A DNA stretch of 64,000 bases from Octopus vulgaris (Eukaryota), in NCBI GenBank assembly GCA_951406725.2, contig OX597816.1, positions 56,296,001-56,360,000 on the forward strand, read 5' to 3'. The translations under genes and the position numbers were made by a program. The notes under the pieces were generated by a model. That model saw only the letters and a program-made list of their open reading frames with translations. It did no database searches and was not told the origin of the DNA. This document shows, piece by piece, positions 27,767-41,860 of the stretch (its first letter is position 1; each line of letters starts with the position of its first letter).

Positions 27767-29077
27767 GTATATATACATAATCCCATTCCTGAATGGAATT
27801 TGGGGCGAGTTGTCTCGCTTGTATGACTTTAAACAACGGGCGCTTTTAGGGAATCATGCCCACCACGCTAAACTGCAGCCTACCGGCAAACAAGCAAAGC
27901 GCATACATTGAGTATGTGTATTCTATAATATTTACAAACACACAAGTTGCGTCTAACTAATATCTCAAATTATTCTTACGTAAACATCGTCCTGGCATAG
28001 CAGAAAATGTGGGGGGGGGTACTCAATTTGTATATAGGCACCGACTTGCGATTTTAGTTCTTGTACAATTCGGTTCAGGTACGGGATGTTAATGAGCTGA
28101 AAAAATGGCGAATCTTCGATGTCCATCACTCTTGAATGGGATTTGGAGAGTGTTGCGTCTCCTGGTTATGTAGTAGGGTCGATTCGCTCGATTAATACTC
28201 CAGCATGGCTGCTGTCTCATCAATGATATGAATAAACTATAAAAGAAAAGATACCCGACACCAATCTTTTAATTCTTTCCTCACCAAATTTCTCCACGCT
28301 CACTCTCTTCTTTACAACATTCTTTGTCACAATAAAAATAAAACAAAGAGTTTCTGCGCCAATCATCTTTGTTGAACAGACTTGTTGTTGTTGTTATTGT
28401 TGTTGTTGTTGTTATTATTGAGTCGTCCCTGCTCAAATTGACCCATGATTAAAGACTGTCCCACCCATGGGCATTCGGTAAATTTCCTTTGAAACCACAT
28501 TCTGTTAGTGTCCTTTTCAAAAACGATCGAAGGTGATTTGCGTGATTCAGCTGCTATTTCTCGTAGGTCGAGCAACGATGTAGCGGTTTGTACTTTGGTT
28601 CGAGGGTGGATTTCTTCTCTAAATTTTTGAAGAGTGGCCAAGTAGTCCTCAGATCACATCTTGGGGTTTTAGAACAATAGAACACAATAGACAATATAGT
28701 CCTAGATATACAAACAGACGGGATGGTCTAGACTGGAACGTCTATTCATAGGTCTGTTCTAAAACGACTTGGCGGTGATGGTATTTGGCCAATATCAACA
28801 TTAACAACAAAAACAACAACGCCAGATAAGCCTCTACCAATGTATCAAAGTCTATGAGGACCAACAGAAGCGCCATTGATACCTCCACTCAAAGCCCTCT
28901 TCCACCCCCACTTATTACACAAATCCCCCCAGTTTTTCTCTTTCTACTCACTTTATCTCGACTGATTTCCATCGCATTTATAATTAAACACTTCCATAAC
29001 TTTCTTAGCCAGCCTCTCTCATTTACTGTAACAAGCATCGGTGATGCGCATCGTCTGTGTTACTTAATGTATCACTG

Positions 29078-29430
29078 ATTTAACACTGTGTCACAGATGT
29101 TACAAGGTGTTGCAAATGTAACAGTATATCACAAATGTAACTTTGTATCACAGATGTAATAACATATCAAAGCTTCAACAATACTCACAGATGTAACACT
29201 GTGTCACAGATGTAACACCGTATCACACATGTAACCCTTTGTCACAGCTGTAATAACATCAATGCTTCAACAATACGTTACAAATGTAACGCTGTGTCAC
29301 AGATGTAACAGTATATCATAGATGAGACAACATGTCACAGTTGTGAACATGTATCACAGATATAAATCTGAGTTACAGGTATAACAACGTCACAGATGTA
29401 ACAATGTATCAAAGAATGTAACAGGTTACG
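29078..29430. repeat. Degenerate ~19-bp minisatellite (gtaacactgtgtcacagat)
   Basis: Recurrent tcacagatgtaac units; variant gcttcaacaatac recurs at ~29172 and ~29263. Confidence 0.8.
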
Positions 29431-29795
29431 TAACTTTACAATTGTGTTTTATCATCCATGTTACACCCTGTCATTGCTTTCTGCACCTACATTTTGTCAC
29501 AATTTTCGAGACTTTCATTTGTTGCCATTTTGTACATGTCACACATGCCACACACCAACCCACGCCTTATATACATCCCACCCATCTTGTATATACTCCA
29601 AACCTTGTCTCATCTATACTCTTGCTCTTGTTACATGTACAGCAAGCCCAGTCTTGGTACATGTATTTCTAACCCAGTCATAGAAGAAACAGCAAAAAAT
29701 TGTCCATCTTCTTCAATACGCTTCATTTTTCACAAACATATGCATGTGTGTGTAGATGCGTGTGTGCGCGCGCATATGTATGTATGTACATACAC

Positions 29796-29831
<36 letters not shown>

Positions 29832-29989
29832 GTATGTATAAAGAAACTAACGAAACTATTTTCTTCAAAGGGGTGTGTTAAACATCTAACCCACTGCTAC
29901 GTCAGTTGAATACCACATAAATATGGATATAATGCAAATTACAAACAATAAATTAAATGGAGAGATACAATGAATATAAGATAACATAA

Positions 29990-30255
29990 TCTTTATATAT
30001 AAAACTTAAGTTGTGTGTGTGAGAGTCTGTCTACTCCGATTTAGATTCCTAACTACTCCCACATTTTTCGGTGCAGTTTAACCAAAAGCGGGTATCTTAT
30101 TGTCGTGATTCATATTGAGCCCTTCTGGGTATTAGCGCGCGTCTACGATGAGTCTACGATTTAAAAAAAAAATTACCATCATTTTTTCATTTTTTTAATG
30201 CATTTTTTACTCGGTATTATATAAGGGAAGTAACTCTTTAAAAATGCTTATATAC
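29990..30255 (+). mobile_element. 5' part of non-autonomous Helitron (same family as 57716-58111)
   Basis: a|tctttatatataaaa...gatttagattcctaactactcccacatttt...attagcgcgcgtctacg. Confidence 0.75.
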
Positions 30256-30495
30256 TGTTAGTATTATATATAACATTAACAACTATTAAAACATAAAAAT
30301 GCAAACAGTCTGTTTCAATTTTTAACCATTTTTTTATATACATACACAATAACAGTTCCTTTATATATTTAAGTCACTTCAGGACCATGGTTTAAAGATA
30401 GATGAAATTCCGTGTGAAAGGACAGCTGGGTTGTAAAAATTAATTCAAATGTCTATGCATTATGACGTACCAATGAATTGGACGTTTAACACACC

Positions 30496-30542
<47 letters not shown>

Positions 30543-30799
30543 ATGAGTATAAAGATAGAGTAAATGGAGAGATACTATTGGCAATCCAATAATTTATTTA
30601 AATTATAATATAACATAATATTATATAACATAAACAATTATTGAAGCATCAAAATGCGAACAATCTGTTTCGAATTATATACATTTTTTGATATATAAAC
30701 AATTCTCTTATAAATTTTTAATTGTATTTGATATGTAATTGAACAGCTAACGCTCACGCTCATGATACATTGGCATTTGAATTAATTTTTGCAATCCAG

Positions 30800-31630
30800 C
30801 CGTTCTTTCACACAGCTAGCAGTGACCTTCATGAGGCAGTGTGTTAATTGACATCGCTGTGTTTACTTCTCAAGTTGTGAAATTTGTGCTTTTGTGATCA
30901 CATACTGTAGTCGACGATTTTGTTATGGACAGGAATAAAGTGGCAATGTGAAATTTTGCGTTAATCTTGACAAGTCTGCTACAGAAACATTGACCATGTT
31001 TCGGTAATCCTATTGCGATGAGGGCAATGAGATGCACGTAATGTTTTGAGTATCAAGGACTCTCCAAAGGCGGACGAACTTCCTGGGAACACGATGAGCT
31101 ACCGGAAGATCTGCCACAAGCGTCATCCCGAAAATGTGGTATTGTGCAACGAGAATTGACCCCCCCCTCACCCCACCGCAGGGCCAGATTGTCAAAGAAG
31201 AGTTCTACTTGAACGTTTTGAAGCGTTCGAGGTAGGACATACGGCGAAAGCGACGGATCTGTGAAGTGTAAAGAACTAGATTCTTCACGATGATAATGCA
31301 ACCGAGTTCTCCTCACTCGTGAGTTTCTCACCAAAACAACATGGTATTGCTTCCACACAAATCCTATTCGCCAAATTCAGCACCTACGGACTTCCATCGC
31401 TTCCTCAAGGTGAAAATGTCACCGTTTTAACACCGTTGTCGAAGTCCAGAGCAAATCGTAGAAGGTACTCCATTGGCTTATGGAAAACGACTTCCAGACC
31501 AGATTCCAATAGTGATAGGAAGGCTAGGACCGGCGTAGTGCAGCGCAAGTCGGGTATTTTGAAGGAGAGGATGCTAAACTTAGGTAAACTTCGAGAAATG
31601 TTAATAAATTATAAATAAATTATTAATATA
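30800..31630 (+). mobile_element. Decayed, internally deleted mariner transposon
   Basis: NVKFCVNLDKSATETLTMF; GQIVKEEFYLNVLKR; ILHDDNA; LPHKSYSPNSAPTDF (YSPDLAPxDF motif); GYFEGE near the end. Confidence 0.8.
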
Positions 31631-31655
31631 TAAATATAATAATGACACTACCTCG

Positions 31656-31768
<113 letters not shown>

Positions 31769-31782
31769 TATATATACATATA

Positions 31783-31824
<42 letters not shown>

Positions 31825-31852
31825 GTACACATACACACATATATATATAGAG

Positions 31853-31979
31853 GGGGAGAATTCACGAAAAAAAAACAAAAGACGAAGACAGGTGGTGTAG
31901 AAAACAAACAGATGTATTAGTATAACACTCAAGAATTGAATAAGTTTTTTACGTTTCGAGCCTACGCTCTTCCACAGAA
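31853..31979 (-). mobile_element. Family H hammerhead-like cassette
   Basis: CTGTGGA-A-GAGC-gtag-GCTC-GAAAC-GTA. Confidence 0.65.
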
Positions 31980-32123
31980 GACCTTGAAGCCACAGGAGTT
32001 AACAAGAGAGACAGAATCAGACAGAAACAAGGAAAATACCCCTTGTATTTGAATACTATGCAAATATTCTTTTAAAAAACTTTTCATTTAGTTTTTCCAA
32101 AATTTAATTGTTTTCCATACTTG

Positions 32124-32159
32124 CAGTTGTAAAGGTATCAATGACCGAAACCGGTCCTG
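32124..32159 (+). ncRNA. Candidate minimal hammerhead with U3:A8 core variant
   Basis: cag-TTGTAAA-ggt(atcaatg)acc-GAAA-C-cg-G-TC-ctg: all three stems close in type-I topology. Confidence 0.45.
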
Positions 32160-32295
32160 AAATGTTTTTTATAAAATTATTTTAGCATTTTCTACCTTGA
32201 CTTTTTCCCATATATACATACATACATATATATATATATATATCGGTTATCGGTTATCTTTCGAATTATCCTTAATAAGAAAATTCATTCAACTA

Positions 32296-32340
<45 letters not shown>

Positions 32341-32516
32341 AGAGGTTATGTTAGCCTCATGAAGGAAATATTGGTTCAATATCTAATATTTGGGGGGATT
32401 AATTTCCTTAAAATAATAGGTATATATATAAAACCCGCGTTATTCATATAAAGGAAGAAAAATAAAATGGAGTTAGTGAAGTTATAAAATATTTATGAAC
32501 AACAAATCGATCATTA

Positions 32517-32600
32517 TCCCTTACATCTGTTTCAATTAATACTCAGTGAATTAATTAAATATCAAATTTATAAGGTCTGAGCATAATATCTTCAGAGAGA
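32517..32600 (-). ncRNA. Candidate minimal type-I hammerhead ribozyme
   Basis: tctct-CTGAAGA-tattatgctcag...ctgagtattaatt-GAAAC-agat-GTA-aggga. Confidence 0.55.
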
Positions 32601-32711
32601 AAAAAACATAGCCTTAGATGATATACATGTGTGTTTATGGATTCGATTTGTTGTTTATAACCATTAACTTCAATATCTCCATTTTCTTTTTCTTCTTTTA
32701 CACACACACAC

Positions 32712-32807
<96 letters not shown>

Positions 32808-32809
<2 letters not shown>

Positions 32810-33085
32810 AGGCGCAATGGCCCAGAGGTTAGGGCAGCGGACTCATGGTCGTAGGATTGCGGTTTCGATTCCCAGACCGGGCGTTGTGAGTGTTTATTGA
32901 GCGAAAACACCTAAAGCTCCACGAGGCTCTTGCTGGGGGTGGTGGCGATCCCTGCTGTACTCTTTCGCCACAACTTTCTCTCACTCTTTCTTCTGTTGGC
33001 CTGCTCGCTAAAGCAATGCGAAGCGCATTGTGACCAGCGATGTGTAGCAACATCTGATATCCTGGTCGGTCACGGTGGTCACGAT
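32808..33085 (+). mobile_element. SINE family C
   Basis: Reverse-complement match to 13029-13331. Confidence 0.85.
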
Positions 33086-33841
33086 GATATATATATATAT
33101 ATATATATATTTGCCACTCACCATATTTGCATTTCTACGTGTATATATATACGTGTATGTATGTGTGTGTTTGTATTGTTTCTGCGTGTATAAGCCTAGG
33201 TAGTAGAAATGCAAATATGGTGAGTGGCAAAAATGGTGGCAAATATTTCTCCGTATACTGAAAAAAATGACGGATAGCTTTAAACAATTTTCGACCCTTA
33301 TTGGGGTCTTATCTAAGATGTCTACATCATTTAACTAACCCCAAAGAAATAAGCAACCAATCGGATTATTTACTCATTAAGTCCTGGTGCTACATAAAAC
33401 TAATTTGCATACAGCGGCTTGTCATTGGGGATACATAGCTTTTCTTGCGCCTTTTATCTTGTTCAGTCACTGGGCTGCGGCCCTGCCGAGGCACCTTCTT
33501 AAAGGGTTCGGTCGGAGAAATGAACCCCAGGATTTATATTTTTAAAGCTTGGTACTTAATCTCTCGGTCCCTTTTGCTGAAGTGTTAAGATACGGGACCT
33601 GCAGAAATCAATACACGTTGCCAAGTGATAGAGGAAGACAAACATAAAAACACACAAATAGACACGGTCGTTCAGTCTCCGAGCATCCAAAACGCAGTCT
33701 TATAGTAGAAGACACTTGCCCAAAGTGCCATGCAGTGGGAATGAACCTGCACCTACGTGGATTGAAAGCAACCTTCTCAACCATACTGTCAAATCTGCGC
33801 CTACACGTGTGTGCGTGTGTGTGTATGTGTGCGCGTGTGTG

Positions 33842-33880
<39 letters not shown>

Positions 33881-34059
33881 TTTCCTGGTCTCATACGTCA
33901 CAGTTTTATTCATCATTCTAAAGTTCAAAATATCGCATCAGATTCTCTGTCAGCTTCTCACGAGACCCAAAATCCTTCAGTACCAGCTACTTTTCTCTTC
34001 CTGTTATTTTTATACGTAAAATGTAAAGAACAGGACTCTCCCCTACTTGGTGCAAGCGT

Positions 34060-34454
34060 TGATCTATGATAAGAAGTTTACTTCCTAACTACATGGTTCT
34101 AGGTTCAGTCCCACTGCGAGGCACCTTTAGCCAGTGTTTTCTACTATAACCTCGGGTCGACCAAAAGCCTTGTTAGTTGACTTGGTAGACGGAAACTGAA
34201 AGAAACACATCGTATATATATATATATAAAAATGGTAAATAATTTTCCTGTGGTTTATCATGTAACCAACAATTATTTACCGGTAAATTTCGGTATGTAA
34301 ATACGACAAATTAATTGTCAAGACCTTTGTAAGGTTCAGTATATAGTAAAGAAAAAATAAGAAGGTTAACAGCAGGCTGTAGTAAAGAAAAAATAAGAAG
34401 GTTAACAGTATATAGTAAAGAAAAAATAAGAAGGTTATGAGGTGAAACAGCCTG

Positions 34455-34531
<77 letters not shown>

Positions 34532-34639
34532 TGTGTGTATGTATGTATGTAAATACATATATATACATATGTATGCATATGCATATGTATATATATGTAT
34601 ATATATTTGTTTGTGTATATACATATATATATCGACATA

Positions 34640-34684
<45 letters not shown>

Positions 34685-35172
34685 ATATATATTTGATTTT
34701 ATTTTTTTGATTTTTCCAGTTTCAGCTCATGAGCTGTGGCCATGCTGGGGCACCGCCATTTGGGTTGCTACATGATTTTACCTCACGAATGCTTTTTAGC
34801 AACCGCCATTTGGTGCATGAGAGAGTTCGATGCAGCTGCCCTCATCTGCACCGCCTGCCGTGAAGTTGGTTCGTCCGGGACACCTGACAGGAAGAGATCC
34901 AGTCCTACTTTAAAGACATCCGCATCTACACCATGCAGGTCCCTCAGGTTCTTCGGGAGGATATTGAAGAGCTGTGGGCCTCTGAAGCCCAGGCCATCAC
35001 AGTATCTTGTCCTACATCTTGATGGCAAATTTGGAGTCCTTGGTACCACGCAGTGGCGCCCGGTTCTGGCATTTGTGTGACTCTCGATGCCAAAGTTTGG
35101 GACAAGTCCTTCCAGGATCTTCCAGATATATATTATGGCATATATTTCTCGCCTACGCTCCAAAGAATAGAG

Positions 35173-35228
<56 letters not shown>

Positions 35229-35477
35229 ATATATATATACACACGTGTGTGTATGTATGTGTGCGTGTTTGTGTTTATGTTTGTCCCTGCCACCGCTTGA
35301 TAACTGGTGTTGGTGTGTTTACGTCGCTGTAAACTAGCGGTTCAGCAAAAGAGACTGACAGACTAAACAACCAGATTTTTAAAACTTAATTAGTATTGGG
35401 GTCGTTTCGTTCGACTAAAATTTTTCAAGTCAGTGCCGTAGCATGGCCGCAGTGAAATGAGTGAAACAAGATAAAAG
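34060..35477 (+). mobile_element. SINE family A split by ~1 kb of nested insertions in its internal microsatellite
   Basis: Head 34060-34213 and tail 35270-35477 in the same orientation; between them (TA/TG)n, a 3x tandem repeat (34343-34436) and a LINE 3' fragment. Confidence 0.6.
34715..35172 (-). mobile_element. 5'-truncated CR1/L2-type LINE 3' fragment
   Basis: ERRREIYAIIYIWKILEGLVPN...DEPTSRQAVQMRAAASNSLMHQMAVAKKHS, near-identical to the C-terminus of 51507-52517; same 3' tail. Confidence 0.9.
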
Positions 35478-35786
35478 CTTCTCTGTAGCTGCAATGTCTA
35501 CTAGATCTATTCCGCCATAATCTCTTGTTTATCTCGTCCTATTATCTCTTAATTATTCTGGGCTATCATTACTGCCCTCGCTCTCAATGGTTTACTAATT
35601 AATTTATCATTGTAAATAAAACAGTGCGTGTGTCTGCGCTTCTGTGTATGTGTAGTTGTGCGTGTGTCTGTGTGGTGCTTGTGTATGTGTGTTTGTTGGT
35701 TCTGTGTACGCTTAGATGGAAAATCCTGATAACTTATTTAGTGACTGTCTATCTGTATTTGTATTTATATCCGCGGACACACACGT

Positions 35787-35836
<50 letters not shown>

Positions 35837-36086
35837 AGACATGTTTCTGTTTGACTTTGTAGTCATTTGTGTAGATGAAGGATTCCCTGTAAATGTTTGT
35901 GATTATGCCTACATGGATGTATTTGTGCTCGCTTATGTGTGTATGTGTGCGTGTGCGTGTGCGTGTGTGTGTGTGCGCGCACGTCCGCACGCACTGTAAG
36001 TTTTATAGGGAGTGTATGTAAATATATATGTATAAGTGCATATGTGTATAAGACTGCGCGCGCGCATATGTGCGTCTGTGTGTGTG

Positions 36087-36131
<45 letters not shown>

Positions 36132-36298
36132 GTGTGTATGTGTGTGTTTCTATGTCTGATGAAGATGAGTGTCTCTAGTGTTTTCTTTGCTTTTTTGGAC
36201 TGATGAGGTTGATGGTTGCAGAGAGCGGAAGAAAGAGGAATGAGAGAGAGAGAAATACATATATATATATATGTGTGTGTGTGTGTATATATATGTAC

Positions 36299-36419
<121 letters not shown>

Positions 36420-36575
36420 CATATATATCTTTATGTATATATATATATATATACATACATATATCTTTATGTATATATATATATATATATATATACAGAG
36501 AGAGAGGGGGGGAGGGGCATTGAGTGTACTCTTGAGCACGAGGTTTCAGCATGAGACTCCACAGAGACAGTTAAT

Positions 36576-37300
36576 TTAAGACAATTGTAATAGAGACATG
36601 AAATTTTTCTCGTTCAATGACTTGAATGAGTAGTGCTGTTGAAGGATGCGTCTTTTGAATGTGTTTATTGTTAAACCCACATAATTCCTTTCAACGTCGT
36701 TCGCAGGTGGTGTGGTTGCCTCGTAGGATTCACTGGGCAGTGATGTAAAGAGATTGCGATAGTTACTTGTCAGCCGATTCGGTGGTGACTCTGTGGCGGT
36801 GTGTATGCAGTTATGGTATAGGAATTGGGAAAATTTATTGTTTATATACGAATAACTAACTTTATCATTGTGTAAGTTGAGGAGCATATGCTACTGGTAA
36901 GGAGGCAGGAAATGGAAATGATGCCTTATTTGGAAATTTCTAGTCATATTTGTGGTAATTGTAATTTAACCCAGATTTTTTTTTCTGTCGTAGATGGGGC
37001 CATATTATCCAAACACACTAATTTTTCACTCAAGCTTCTTCTATCTAAATCAGCAGTATAATAGTGGCGGTGATGACTCATTGAAAATATTTCTATTGGA
37101 GAATATGTCAGAGACCATTTTACTTATTCCGGTCATAGGGTTTCTGGGAGGTGACTTTGGGAAATTTTTATGAATGCAAATGCTGTTCGGATTTAGGTTT
37201 CTAAAGACATATCTGCCTTTAACTTTAACGTTATGACCAGGAATTTGGTTAATTTGAGGTTAACTCTAATACTTATGTTTAACCTGAACAGGTTATATAT
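36576..37300 (-). pseudogene. Decayed Penelope-like ORF (RT C-terminus + GIY-YIG), second PLE lineage
   Basis: KVSYSYINN..HN...YEAT...YVGLTINTFKRRILQQHYSFK; upstream FRNLNPNSICIHK..SNRNIFNESSP resembles the PLE thumb region. Confidence 0.65.
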
Positions 37301-37980
37301 ACTTTCATTATATTCTTCCTAAATCTATCCATGATGTGACCATTCGTGACTAATGTGGTTTCTAAGCAACAATCTCCATTGAAATCGGATGCATGGTGGC
37401 TGGAACAATTTTGAGGAATTCAAAGCTGAAACAGTGAGAATTCAAAGCTGAAACAATGAGAAATGTTTTCCAACTGTCACCACTAGTGAAGATACTAATG
37501 GAAAATTTTCAAGATTTTCAGATGCCTAAGCATCACAATCGTTAGAAAATTGCCTCTGAAATATTCGTTTCAGCCTCGCAAAGTTATTGATTCTGAAGAC
37601 ACCAGCGCTGACTTTTCTCTCACTACAACACAATAATTTAAGAAGAGTGACACTAAACGCCTTAATAAGTCGGATCACGTGGAGAGCTTTAGGTAGTGAG
37701 AACCAGCTTAACACTAACATCTAAGGACGTAACACCTTCCGCTATTTCATCTGAAGAATTACAGAAATAGAATTGAATGTTTCACAATAAATATAAAGCT
37801 ACACCATGGAATGACACACTTTACTTAAGTCTGAAGATATGAGCGCGCGTGCACACAACGCACACTCACACACAAACGGACACGTATACACATATACATA
37901 CATGGGGATGTAGGTATAGATATTTGTGTGTTTGTGTGTGAGAGTATGTGTAAGTGCGTGTATGTGCAAATATACATATG

Positions 37981-38019
<39 letters not shown>

Positions 38020-38385
38020 ATTATTTTACTTGTTTCAGTCAGTTGACTGTGGTCATGCTGGGGCAACGCCCTTTAGTCGAGCAAATCGATACCAGGACTT
38101 ATTTATTGTAAGCCTAGTACTTATTCTATCAGTCTCTTTTGCCGAACCACTAAGTTACGGGGACGTAAACACACCAACACCGGTTGTCAAGTGATGATGG
38201 GTGGACAAACACAGACGCATAAACGCACATACACACATACATATATTAGTATATATGTGCGTGTGTATATATATATATATCCACACACACAAACAGACAT
38301 ATCTATACACACATATATATATACGTACATAAACATGTGTATATACATACATATATATGAATACATACAAACGCTCACATATACA

Positions 38386-38700
38386 GGAAAGAAGAAATCT
38401 AGAAGGTACCCAAGAACCTGTAAATTCTACCTGCAGGGCAAATGTTGGCATGGGGAGGACGGCAAAATCTGCGGTTTGCCCACCCGACACCCCGCCAGAA
38501 CTACAGGGGCCTTAAAGAGAAGAACTCTTCCTGTCGAGAGTTCCAGATGAGCCTACCTCACGGCAAGAGGTGCAAATGAGGGTAGCTATATCAAACTCCA
38601 TTCTTCATCAAGTACCACGTATTAGAGGAGGCTCCAAGTAATAACAGTGTAGCGCAAAACGGCGGTGCATCAGCATGGCCGCAGCTCTTAGCTGAAACTT
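38386..38700 (+). mobile_element. Internally deleted LINE: CCCH zinc finger joined to ORF2 C-terminus and 3' tail
   Basis: RTCKFYLQGKCWHGEDGKICG(frameshift)AHP, then LFLSRVPDEPTSRQEVQMRVAISNSILHQ and tail ggcggtgcatcagcatggccgcagctcttagctgaaac. Confidence 0.7.
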
Positions 38701-38782
38701 AAAAAAAAAACGAAAAAACATGTACATCTATAATACTTACATAGAATCACGCAAACATGTAGATACATACATGTGTACATAT

Positions 38783-38814
<32 letters not shown>

Positions 38815-38929
38815 CTGTACATATATACATACATTGTTTCTTACCTATACATACATTTATACATACATATACACATACATATATACATACATACACACAC
38901 ACATACTTATACATATATACATACATACA

Positions 38930-38963
<34 letters not shown>

Positions 38964-39920
38964 CATACATACCTATACATACATATATACATATATAAAT
39001 ACATACATACCTATGCATACAAACATACATACATACATAGTTTCTTACCAATACATACATATATACATATATACATACATATATACATACATATATGCAT
39101 ACATAATACATACCTATACATACATACATACATATACATACATACATACATATATACGTACATACCTATACATACATATATACATATATAAATACATACA
39201 TACATACATACCTATACATACAAACATGCATACATACCTATACAAACATAACTACACATACGTACATAACTATACATACATACATACATACATACATACA
39301 TTAGATACATACATACATACATACATACATACATACATACATACATACATACATACATGCATACATACATACACACATACATACACCTACTTCCGCTCTC
39401 CACATGCCTGCCTAATGCCTGCCTGAAGAGAAAACATTCCCTTGTTATCTGTACACGTGCTGCTGCAATGATGTTTGTCAGAAGCTATTTTCGGACCAGT
39501 GAGCTGTTTCTTTCAGAACGGTTCTCTCTTGGAATCGGAATTGCTGTTTAGAAATAGCACAGACTCAAGTTAGCTTCGACTTGCCTTAGAATTAGTACTT
39601 TCTCTCGAAATTAGCTTCGTTCTTGTATTTATATAAGTGTTTTCATTCATTATTCTGTTCTTTGCAGGTAGCAATAATAGCACTCGATTTACGTGGCTAA
39701 AAAGAGTCTTTTACGATGTTTGCTTACGAGATGTTTCTTTAGATTTTTGTGGTCGCAACATTATTCTACAAGTGATATGCATCAGTACAATACAATGAAA
39801 TGTGTTATGTTGTGCTGTGTGTTGTGTGTGTGTGTGTGTGTGTCTGTGTCTGTGTGTCTGTGTCTGTGTATAGATATATGCATGTTTGTGTGTATATATA
39901 TATATAAACATATGTGTATC

Positions 39921-39962
<42 letters not shown>

Positions 39963-40022
39963 TCCATATATACATATATGTATATTTGTGTGTATATATA
40001 TATATATGAAGATATGTGTATC

Positions 40023-40059
<37 letters not shown>

Positions 40060-40237
40060 TTACACTTACACTTACGCGCACACACGCGCCCATGTGATAT
40101 CATATTCGATATTATATCATAAAGGTGTGTATTTATGAGTCAGCCAAAAGTATCATGTAGATGAATCGACGGCACGGGACTAACATGGTTACAACTAGTG
40201 TACTTCCGCCTGTCTCCTTATATTGTACATACATACA

Positions 40238-40271
<34 letters not shown>

Positions 40272-40295
40272 AATATAATTTAATATAATATAAAT

Positions 40296-40421
<126 letters not shown>

Positions 40422-40437
40422 TTGTTTATAGAGATTT

Positions 40438-40472
<35 letters not shown>

Positions 40473-41594
40473 CCATGCAATATAAACATAACGTCACAGA
40501 AATTTGAAGCTACGCACGTAATTTTAAAATTTTAAATTATTCATTTTAAGAAAAAACTTTTCAATATTCTCCGACATTTTGACACAATATATATATTTTT
40601 TAACATTTAAGCTTCTGTCTTTTCATTTACTATTTTTTATATATTCACCCACGTGCTTTACTGACTGAAATGACCAAATGACAATGGTCTCAAATTTAGG
40701 CGCAGGGCCAACAGTTTTTGAAGGTAAAGCGAAGTTGATTACATCGACCCAGTGCTCAAATGGGATCTATTTTAAAGAACTACGCAGAATCAGAACTCAG
40801 ACCATAATGACGAACGAAATGCCGCGAAGTATTTTGTCCGTCATCCATGGTTTTCGAAACTGCTAGAATTCACAACCTAACATTTGTAAAAGGGATGGAC
40901 ACACTGTGTAAGATTGTCCTAGTTACACATCGAAAGGCAGTGTGTTGTTGAATATACTTGTCCTCGACCAGTATTTCCTTGAGCTAAACGACAACTGACT
41001 TAAGACCGAATCTAATCGTCAGACAATGATGAGGTTTGATTCTTGGAGTTCTGGTCCGTTCTGTGCTATATTGAAACGTCACAATCAAAGACCTTCACCG
41101 GACAGAACGCTGACCTACTTTAGTACCATATTGAGGGTTACCGACCATCAGATAATGAATTCACATTTTGTGCTGTTGGATAATTTCCAATATTTTGTGG
41201 GGGGGTTTTCTGGTTTTATTTTTCTGATTAAAGAACAGTTAGATAACAAGAAATTTGTCAAAAATAGTAGTGATTCTGTAAGTTCCAATAATAATGATAA
41301 TGGTTTCAAATTTTGTCTCAAGGCCAGCAGTTCTGGGGGAAGCGTTAAATCGATTACATCGATCCCCAGTATTCAGCTGGTACTAATTATTGGATTGATA
41401 ACTTTATTTTATAGACGCCGAAGGAAGAAAAGACAATTTTCGTGCTCAAGACGCATAGATCTGGAAGAGATGCCGCTAAGCACTTTGCTAGACGCACAAA
41501 CAATTACAGTTCTTCTGTACAAATATAACGGTTCTGAAATAAAAGACCTCAATACGTGTGTGTATTGCTTTGTGCGTACTATTGACGCGGCGAG

Positions 41595-41701
<107 letters not shown>

Positions 41702-41815
41702 ACAAAATGGGACAAGAACGCAAAACATCCAAATACATGATACAAAAAACATAGACGGGTCATTCGAAGTTTCTAATCTTCAGTTAAGAACCGGATCATC
41801 CTCGCAATTTCGGCT

Positions 41816-41860
<45 letters not shown>

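Noticed and set aside
29078-29430. CRISPR-like array
   Set aside because: Degenerate tandem units without unique spacers; eukaryotic context, no cas genes
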